Shown piece after piece: positions 1-5,166 of a stretch of 9,159 nucleotides of DNA; position 1 is the first letter of the stretch, and the number at the start of each line of letters is the position of its first letter. A program made the position numbers and the translations under genes. The notes below the pieces were generated by a model. The model was not told the origin of the DNA, did no database searches, and saw nothing but the letters and a program-made list of their open reading frames with translations. Origin of the DNA: a virus (lineage: Duplodnaviria; Heunggongvirae; Uroviricota; Caudoviricetes); the IMG/VR virus record IMGVR_UViG_2671181028_000018, one strand, 5' to 3'.

Positions 1-98
1 TCGTCGCCAGCTTCAATGGCTGTGGCTACAGCCACAGCGCCTTCTTCCCTTGTTGCCAGTTCGTCAGGAATAGCGGCGCAAATAAAGACTTTACTCAT
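1..98 (-). CDS. Hypothetical protein, N-terminal part only (gene runs off the left edge of the window)
   Basis: Minus-strand ATG at 98..96 (forward 'cat'), GAGG about 10 nt upstream (forward 'cctc' 109..112). Frame is open to position 1, translating MSKVFICAAIPDELATREEGAVAVATAIEAGD... Same orientation as the other leftward early genes. Function not recognised. Confidence 0.4.
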   Translation of the reverse strand, partial: MSKVFICAAIPDELATREEGAVAVATAIEAGD

Positions 99-377
99 TT
101 TGTTTTAACCTCATGACAGATTTAAGGATGAATAAATCCCTGCCATTGCTGGCATTTTTAATCCGTTGGTATGGCGTTAATATGGCTGGCGGGTTATCCA
201 GCCGGCGTTTCGTTATTCAGGTACAGCGATACTTTTTTAACGGGAGGCATTCACCGGGGATTTTTTGTTCGTCCCTTACCTGAATGCAGGATGACTTACT
301 GTCATAAATTCCGGTAATCACATTTTGTGGCTCACCCGTTATAAGAAAAACGGTCATCACCAGTGCAAACGCTGAAG

Positions 378-566
378 TCACTGCTGTTCTCCGATAATAC
401 CAAGTTCAAGAAGGGCAATTCTGGAAAGTATGGAATTATCATTGAGAAGATAAGGTTCATATTTTCTCATCTTAATGGCATCTTCAGTAAACTCCCGGTT
501 ACTGAGCAGAACACCAATATCAAAACAACCTTCAGACGTATTAACGTTTGGTAATAACGTTTCCAT
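378..566 (-). CDS. Hypothetical small protein (62 aa), uncertain
   Basis: Internal start of the 378..671 minus ORF: ATG at 566..564 preceded by GAGGA with a 7-nt spacer (forward 'tcctc' 574..578). Translation METLLPNVNTSEGCFDIGVLLSNREF... No recognisable family; overlaps competing plus-strand ORFs; locally AT-rich. Confidence 0.25.
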   Translation of the reverse strand: METLLPNVNTSEGCFDIGVLLSNREFTEDAIKMRKYEPYLLNDNSILSRIALLELGIIGEQQ

Positions 567-1133
567 TATCGCGTCCTCAACAATGAATTTTGTGATGCAG
601 TGCCTGGTGCCTCCAGGTGACGTTAACCAGTTAACAATTAACGCCGGATACAGAGAATCCACCCATAACACTGTTTTTGGTTTTAACTGTTCCGCGTGCG
701 CTCAGCCGCATTCACCGCATCACAAAATTCACTTTAAAAAGGGCGGCAGAGCAGTCACGGAGTAAAACTGATACCGCCAAACGTCACCAGAAAATTGATA
801 ACAGAGGGCGTTGCAGCGGGGTTGTCACTTAAGCGTATGGTCAACCTGACAACCCGGTGTCCTCAACGGGGAAGAAATAACCCCGCCATACTTACCGCCG
901 CGCCATTTCGCGGAGTGCCACAACCGGAAGCGCACGGTCGACGAAAATTTAACGACAGGCTATCTATGAACCAGCAACCTCGCCGTGCGCTTTCGCGTTA
1001 TGCTCTGACTTTTCAGAGAAATATCCTTTCAGTAAACTGTCAGTGCCGGATGTTCACCCGTGTCCGGCGCACGCACTCCACTTTACCCGTGGAGAACTCC
1101 TTAATTACCAACCTTAGCTTCGTTGGTTAGCTA

Positions 1134-1352
1134 TTAACGCGGGTATGTAATCATGCTGGCAATGCTTAATGCCGCTGCTTTTTCCAGATTGGTGATATCC
1201 TGCTCCAGAGCGGACAGATTTTCAGCCTGCTTAGCCCTGGCTTCATTGGCCCATTTCAGATCCTGCGCTGCATTAATTTTCTGGTGCATCCACTCATAAA
1301 GTTCATCATCGGTATAGTCTGGCGCGATGATGACGGGTTCTCGTTTCTGCAT
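1134..1352 (-). CDS. Hypothetical phage early-left protein (72 aa)
   Basis: ATG at 1352..1350 with a strong RBS (GAGGA, 6-nt spacer). Translation MQKREPVIIAPDYTDDELYEWMHQKINAAQDLKWANEARAKQ... Lies 29 nt downstream of the preceding leftward gene, so operon-like packing. Confidence 0.6.
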   Translation of the reverse strand: MQKREPVIIAPDYTDDELYEWMHQKINAAQDLKWANEARAKQAENLSALEQDITNLEKAAALSIASMITYPR

Positions 1353-1381
1353 ACTGATTCCTCGCGGTGCTGTTTCGCTTA

Positions 1382-1510
1382 TCAGCCGTTAGATTTTGCC
1401 GAGCTGGAAAGCGCCTGTTTAAATTCGCTGAAGCTGAGAGCTTCTTCGCCTTCGGCAAGGCCTTCGAAGTATTCTTCGTAAGCCTTTTCCATGATTGTGT
1501 CGAAATCCAT
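1382..1510 (-). CDS. Hypothetical small acidic protein (42 aa)
   Basis: ATG at 1510..1508, stop TGA at 1384..1382. Translation MDFDTIMEKAYEEYFEGLAEGEEALSFSEFKQALSSSAKSNG, strongly acidic. Its start sits 1 nt after the stop of the upstream gene (TGA-t-ATG), with GGTGGG just upstream serving as a possible RBS. Not in the ORF track because it is under 60 aa. Confidence 0.45.
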   Translation of the reverse strand: MDFDTIMEKAYEEYFEGLAEGEEALSFSEFKQALSSSAKSNG

Positions 1511-1511
1511 A

Positions 1512-1748
1512 TCACCCACCTGAATTTCTTTCCAGCCAGCGACGCGCTCCAGATTCGGTTTTAAACGTTTTGCTTTTGGTATACGTCATCGCGGTGAACG
1601 TACCGTCCTGGTTGGGGAACACGCCACATACCAGAGATTCGCTGTTGCCAAGATCGATAGTATCCATGCTGACCTCATTTCCCCTTAACGCCGGGGTAGC
1701 GGAACAAAAACCTGCTGCATAGTTATTAAAGTTGAACCCTGCCGTCAT
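1512..1748 (-). CDS. Hypothetical phage early-left protein, first gene of the leftward operon (78 aa, or 51 aa from an internal start)
   Basis: ORF-track ORF. Two plausible starts, each with an RBS: ATG 1748..1746 (GAGG, 9-nt spacer) and ATG 1667..1665 (GAGG, 5-nt spacer; product MDTIDLGNSESLVCGVFPNQDGTFTAMTYTKSKTFKTESGARRWLERNSGG). Size and position resemble the small ydaF/ydaG-type genes next to Rac-like repressors, but sequence identity was not verified. Confidence 0.45.
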   Translation of the reverse strand: MTAGFNFNNYAAGFCSATPALRGNEVSMDTIDLGNSESLVCGVFPNQDGTFTAMTYTKSKTFKTESGARRWLERNSGG

Positions 1749-1848
1749 GTTCTTACGCCTCGGGCTGGCTACTTAACCCCTGACCACTGCCTGGTAACTC
1801 GAGGTATTGCCCTGTATTGTGTGGGACGGGATGGGTTGGTATGGGAAA

Positions 1849-1877
1849 ACTATAGGAAATGCCTAATTACTTGTCAA
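1849..1877 (-). promoter_or_regulatory. pL-like leftward early promoter
   Basis: Read on the minus strand: -35 TTGACA (1877..1872), 17-nt spacer AGTAATTAGGCATTTCC, -10 TATAGT (1854..1849). An operator site lies inside the spacer and another abuts the -35. Points toward the leftward small-gene operon. Confidence 0.6.
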
Positions 1878-1915
1878 TAGGCTATGCCTAATAATTTGGG
1901 CGCGACCTAATAGGT
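1853..1915. promoter_or_regulatory. OL-like operator cluster (three sites about 25 bp apart)
   Basis: TAGGAAATGCCTA (1853..1865) and TAGGCTATGCCTA (1878..1890) both fit TAGG-N5-CCTA. A third dyad, ACCTAATAGGT (1905..1915), sits at the same spacing but with the half-sites in swapped order. The 21-bp stretch 1871..1891 is an exact reverse complement of 2516..2536. Confidence 0.6.
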
Positions 1916-1949
1916 GATGGTTTGTGGGAGAGGTAGTAGGAGTTAACTA

Positions 1950-1971
1950 ACGGGAACTAGGAATTTCCCGT
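1950..1971 (-). terminator. Hairpin downstream of the repressor gene, possible weak terminator
   Basis: 7-bp stem ACGGGAA / TTCCCGT with an 8-nt loop, 15 to 36 nt past the repressor stop codon. No clear U-tract on either strand, so termination efficiency is doubtful. Confidence 0.25.
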
Positions 1972-1985
1972 CGGACCATATAAGT

Positions 1986-2462
1986 TTAAGTTCCTGTCTT
2001 GGTGATGTTCTGGCTTTTCCGTTTTGATTCTTGATTTTTCAGATAGTTAGCTACCTTCATTTCCATTGCGGCAATGTAGGCGCGAACGTCATGATCAACC
2101 CAACTAGGCTCCGTAGCATTTCCAGATAAGAGGAAAGCCACAATTGCTCTTTTTTCATCAGAGGCGGCTTGATAAAGGCTGTTTATGTCTAAAAGTTCAC
2201 TTTTTGTATCTGAAGTGGATGGGGTTGGTATGGGGTATTCGTTAAGCCCCCAATGCTCTGGACCAACCACATCAGAAAAGAAACGCCATAGTTCTGGAAG
2301 TTTGTCTTTACTTATCGAACCTTTCTTAATCCAGTCATGGATTGATGGTGGTTGGACTTTGAAATGACGTGCGATTTCCGCCTTTGATTTGACGGCTCCT
2401 GATGCAATTTTTTTGTTAATGGCCTGCTCTATCGCTCGGCCTAAGTCTTTACCACTAAGCAT
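1986..2462 (-). CDS. Prophage repressor, HTH type without a peptidase S24 domain (RacR-like, 158 aa)
   Basis: ORF-track ORF. N-terminal HTH-like segment KSKAEIARHFKVQPPSIHDWIKKG. No LexA/CI-type autocleavage motif seen. Divergent from the cro-like gene and flanked on both sides by operator clusters. AGGAG lies 11 nt upstream of ATG 2462..2460. Confidence 0.8.
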   Translation of the reverse strand: MLSGKDLGRAIEQAINKKIASGAVKSKAEIARHFKVQPPSIHDWIKKGSISKDKLPELWRFFSDVVGPEHWGLNEYPIPTPSTSDTKSELLDINSLYQAASDEKRAIVAFLLSGNATEPSWVDHDVRAYIAAMEMKVANYLKNQESKRKSQNITKTGT

Positions 2463-2491
2463 TGCTTAATAGTCTCCTATGCGCATCGCGT

Positions 2492-2555
2492 TAGGCAATC
2501 CCTACTCTCGATGTGTTAGGCATAGCCTATTGACAATTGTATTAGGCTAAGCCTA
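2492..2555. promoter_or_regulatory. OR-like operator cluster (three sites about 25 bp apart)
   Basis: TAGGCAATCCCTA (2492..2504), TAGGCATAGCCTA (2517..2529) and TAGGCTAAGCCTA (2543..2555), all TAGG-N5-CCTA. The third is part of a 15-bp dyad TTAGGC-TAA-GCCTAA with perfect 6-bp arms. Confidence 0.65.
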
Positions 2556-2559
2556 ATAT
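2530..2559 (+). promoter_or_regulatory. pR-like rightward early promoter
   Basis: -35 TTGACA (2530..2535), 18-nt spacer, -10 TAATAT (2554..2559). The -10 overlaps operator 2543..2555 and the -35 abuts operator 2517..2529. Predicted transcript start is about 20 nt before the ydaS-like ATG. Confidence 0.6.
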
Positions 2560-2586
2560 TGTTGCGTGTTTTTTGGAGTTCATTCG

Positions 2587-2910
2587 ATGAAAAAAGATAA
2601 CTATTCATTCAAACGAGCTTGTGCTGTTGTCGGTGGGCAATCAGCAATGGCTAGGCTTTTAGGTGTATCTCCTCCAAGCGTAAATCAATGGATCAAAGGT
2701 GTACGTCAGTTGCCTGCTGAGAGATGTCCTGCGATTGAACGAGCAACAAAAGGTGGTGTCCTGTGTGAAGAACTTCGTCCTGATGTTGATTGGACATACT
2801 TACGACGCTCGTCATGTTATTCGCAGAATATGTCGATGAAGCAACCAAATGACGAAAACGATCATACCCGAAGCATCAAGAGGCAAATGATTCATGAAAA
2901 TCAAACATGA
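2587..2910 (+). CDS. ydaS: Cro-like HTH regulator of the YdaS family
   Basis: ATG 2587 with GGAG 8 nt upstream. The ORF track's 2566 start is a GTG upstream of the predicted transcript start. Motif SFKRACAVVGGQSAMARLLGVSPPSVNQWIKGVRQLPAERCPAIERAT is characteristic of YdaS-type proteins as I recall them. First gene after pR, divergent from the repressor. Confidence 0.8.
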   Translation: MKKDNYSFKRACAVVGGQSAMARLLGVSPPSVNQWIKGVRQLPAERCPAIERATKGGVLCEELRPDVDWTYLRRSSCYSQNMSMKQPNDENDHTRSIKRQMIHENQT

Positions 2911-3319
2911 GCACATCCGCATGGCGATGAATGCCTGGGCATACCCTGATGGTGAGAAAGTTCCTGCAGCTGAAATAGCCCGGACTTATTTCGAACTGGG
3001 GATGACGTTCCCTGAACTGTACGACGACAGCCATCCGGAAGCCCTGGCCCGTAATACACAGAAAATTTTCCGTTGGCTGGATAAAGACACCCCTGATGCT
3101 GTTGAAAAAATTCAGGCTCTGTTACCGGCGATCGAAAAGGCAATGCCGCCTCTGCTGGTGGCCCGTATGCGCAGTCACAGCTCTGAGTATTACCGGGAGA
3201 TTGTCGAACGGCGGGATCGGCTGGTGAAGGATGTCGACGATTTTGTTGCGTCAGCGGTTGTTTTGTATGACCAGATGAATCGCGGCGGCCCGGCAGGGAA
3301 TGCTGTGGTGATGCACTAA
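2894..3319 (+). CDS. ydaT: YdaT-family protein (CII-like regulator, historically called a toxin)
   Basis: ATG 2894 with AAGAGG 10 nt upstream; overlaps the ydaS-like gene by 17 nt. Begins MKIKHEHI..., 141 aa, immediately downstream of the ydaS-like gene as in the Rac immunity region. Confidence 0.75.
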   Translation: MKIKHEHIRMAMNAWAYPDGEKVPAAEIARTYFELGMTFPELYDDSHPEALARNTQKIFRWLDKDTPDAVEKIQALLPAIEKAMPPLLVARMRSHSSEYYREIVERRDRLVKDVDDFVASAVVLYDQMNRGGPAGNAVVMH

Positions 3320-3341
3320 AAGCACGGTGTTCGGGGGTTTT

Positions 3342-4304
3342 ATGAGCAGCAAGCTTCATGGTCTTGTCTGGGAAGGGTGCGCCTTCACCGGCATGATCTT
3401 ATCCAGGGTGGCGGTTATGGCCCGTCTTGCAGACTACAGCAATGACGAGGGTGTGTCATGGCCTGCCATTGAAACTATCCGGCGTCAGATCGGTGCAAGA
3501 AGTGAATCCACAGTGAAATCGGCTATTGCAGAACTGGCGAAAGAGGGCTGGCTGACGAAGGAAGAGCGTAAGGTCGGTGGGCGTAATGTAAGCAATATCT
3601 ATCGGCTTAATGTGGAAAAACTCGAAGCAGCAGCTGCGGCGGCGCGTGAGTCATATAAACCGAAAAGAAAAATTAGCCCGGCAAAAAATGACCAGTTAAC
3701 AGTTGACCCGTCAAATATTGCCCCCTCAACGGTTGACCCGTCAAATTTTGATGGATCAACTGTTGATAAAAAACTGCCGATTAGGGGGGCGATGATTGAC
3801 CCCGATCCGTCAGTATTAAAACCTGATCCGTCAGATAAAAGATCTTCTTGTCCGGACGCTTCGCAACCGGACCCGCAGACGGCTGAACAGGATTTTTTAA
3901 CCCGACACCCTGACGCGGTTGTGTTCAGTGCGAAAAAACGCCAGTGGGGAAGTCAGGAAGATTTGGTGTGCGCACAGTGGATCTGGGGACGAATCGTGAG
4001 TCTTTACGAGCAGGCGGCCAGCTATGATGGCGAGATCACTAGACCGAAAGAACCCAACTGGACAGCATGGGCCAATGACGTTCGCACAATGCGGATGCTG
4101 GATGGCAGAACTCACAGACAAATTTGTGAAATGTTTGGGCGTCTCCAGCGGGATTCGTTCTGGGTAAAAAACATCATGAGTCCGGCAAAACTCCGGGAAA
4201 AATGGGATGAACTGGTTATCCGCCTGGGGCGTTCGCCTGCGCAGCGTTGCGTGAATCACATTTCTGAACCGGACACTGAAATTCCGCCGGGCTTCAGGGG
4301 GTAA
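3342..4304 (+). CDS. Replication-initiator-like protein with N-terminal winged-helix/HTH domain (lambda O / YdaU position)
   Basis: ORF-track ORF 3327..4304; preferred start is ATG 3342 (GGGGG 4 nt upstream) rather than GTG 3327. N-terminus LVWEGCAFTGMILSRVAVMARLADYSNDEGVSWPAIETIRRQIGARSESTVKSAIAELAKEGWL looks like a phage replication-protein HTH. A repeat-encoded linker (TVDPSN... PDPS...) separates it from the C-terminal domain. Confidence 0.7.
   Translation: MSSKLHGLVWEGCAFTGMILSRVAVMARLADYSNDEGVSWPAIETIRRQIGARSESTVKSAIAELAKEGWLTKEERKVGGRNVSNIYRLNVEKLEAAAAAARESYKPKRKISPAKNDQLTVDPSNIAPSTVDPSNFDGSTVDKKLPIRGAMIDPDPSVLKPDPSDKRSSCPDASQPDPQTAEQDFLTRHPDAVVFSAKKRQWGSQEDLVCAQWIWGRIVSLYEQAASYDGEITRPKEPNWTAWANDVRTMRMLDGRTHRQICEMFGRLQRDSFWVKNIMSPAKLREKWDELVIRLGRSPAQRCVNHISEPDTEIPPGFRG
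3694..3834 (+). repeat. Iteron-like direct repeats inside the replication-initiator gene (candidate origin)
   Basis: GTTGACCCGTCAAAT occurs exactly twice (3702..3716 and 3732..3746, period 30 bp); the core TTGAC-CC-GTCAA is a near-dyad. GATCCGTCAG occurs twice (3804..3813 and 3825..3834, period 21 bp). A more A/T-rich stretch follows (3834..3850). Confidence 0.4.
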
Positions 4305-4344
4305 GTGTTAATTTCTGGTCATGAGGTAACTTTCAGGAGGGCTT

Positions 4345-4767
4345 GTGGCAAAAGTTTTTACACAAGAAGAGCGGGAAAAAATTAAAGGGCAGGTTGTTGA
4401 ACTCGTACGCCAGAGTGGGCGCGAGACGTTACGACAACTGGAAACTAAAACTGGGGCAACAAGATATCTGATGAGCGTTCTGGCCAGAGAGCTGGTTGCC
4501 AGTGGCGATGTATACAATTCTGGCTACGGGTTATTCCCGTCTGAACAGGCTCGTAAAGACTGGCAAAATGCCCGCAAAAAACTCTCAAGGGCAAAGCTGA
4601 AGAAACCATCTGCGGTTGATCCGGACCTTATCTGGTCATTACCTGATGGAGAAATACGTCGTTACGACAGGCATCATAATATAATTTGTACTGAGTGTCG
4701 TAAAAGCGAAGTTATGCAGCGCATATTGTCGTTTTATCAGGGGAATGTTCGGTATTTATTAAAGTGA
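4345..4767 (+). CDS. Hypothetical protein (140 aa), function unknown
   Basis: ORF-track ORF with a GTG start at 4345 and AGGAGG 4 nt upstream. Basic, with a Cys/His-containing C-terminus (HHNIICTECRK). Sits where a helicase-loader partner would be expected, but no DnaC/P-like motifs seen. The 3' end becomes A/T-rich. Confidence 0.5.
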   Translation: MAKVFTQEEREKIKGQVVELVRQSGRETLRQLETKTGATRYLMSVLARELVASGDVYNSGYGLFPSEQARKDWQNARKKLSRAKLKKPSAVDPDLIWSLPDGEIRRYDRHHNIICTECRKSEVMQRILSFYQGNVRYLLK

Positions 4768-5076
4768 CGAGATTAAAATGCATTAGTTAAGATGTGAATT
4801 GACATTTTGTGGCACAGGATAGAGCTATCGTGGTTGTCCGCTTTGTGCCAGAAGCGGAAGTTAGAAATTATCTGCCAACCGATAAGATGGCTGCCTAAGT
4901 CGTAGCGATTCAGCACTGTTTTAGCGGCGCTCGATTGCAAAGTCGTGCTTTGCTGACTTGCGATTGTGCTCTTTACGAGCAAAGCTTTCAGGTATAGTAA
5001 GTGCTAACTGTAGTGTAAAATTATAGGGATAGATGAAGAAAACAACGAGGCTTTAGCTAATCTTTGCAGTTGTGTC

Positions 5077-5085
5077 TGCTATAAT
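5077..5085 (+). promoter_or_regulatory. Extended -10 promoter candidate for the NTPase gene
   Basis: TGcTATAAT (TG at 5077..5078, TATAAT at 5080..5085) matches the extended -10 consensus; no good -35 at 17-bp spacing. About 80 nt upstream of ATG 5167, which has AAGGG 6 nt upstream. Confidence 0.35.
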
Positions 5086-5166
5086 AAGGCGAAATTTTAT
5101 CTGCATGATTTTGTTTGATTAACTCCGAAAGCCAGCTCTCTCGGTGAAGATTGGGAAGGGATATCA

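Noticed and set aside
363-554. Plus-strand 63-aa ORF
   Set aside because: Overlaps the somewhat better supported minus-strand 62-aa ORF; no RBS; looks like an AT-rich chance ORF.
475-1130. Plus-strand ORFs 475..765 (96 aa) and 795..1130 (111 aa)
   Set aside because: No Shine-Dalgarno upstream, TTG or unsupported ATG starts, Arg-rich and compositionally odd translations; opposite to the operon direction. Kept only as part of the unexplained-region finding.
1284-1722. Plus-strand ORFs 1284..1481, 1367..1564, 1495..1722 and minus ORF 1306..1515
   Set aside because: Overlap and oppose the three RBS-supported minus-strand genes; shadow frames.
2185-2367. Plus-strand 60-aa ORF
   Set aside because: Antisense within the repressor gene.
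2463-2586. Repressor-maintenance (PRM-like) promoter reading leftward from the OR region
   Set aside because: No acceptable -35/-10 pair found on the minus strand by eye; likely weak or activator-dependent, so left unannotated.
2901-3359. 152-aa minus-strand ORF
   Set aside because: Fully antisense to the ydaT-like gene, Pro/Arg-rich low-complexity translation, no RBS; a shadow ORF.
3694-3834. CRISPR array
   Set aside because: Only two to four repeat copies, unequal periods (30 and 21 bp), inside a protein-coding frame, no cas genes; iteron or peptide-linker repeats instead.
3897-4517. Minus-strand ORFs 3897..4259 and 4308..4517
   Set aside because: Antisense to the initiator-like and 140-aa genes; no start signals.
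4773-4982. Minus-strand 69-aa ORF in the cassette leader
   Set aside because: No RBS, low-complexity translation; the region is better explained as the regulatory leader of the NTPase gene.
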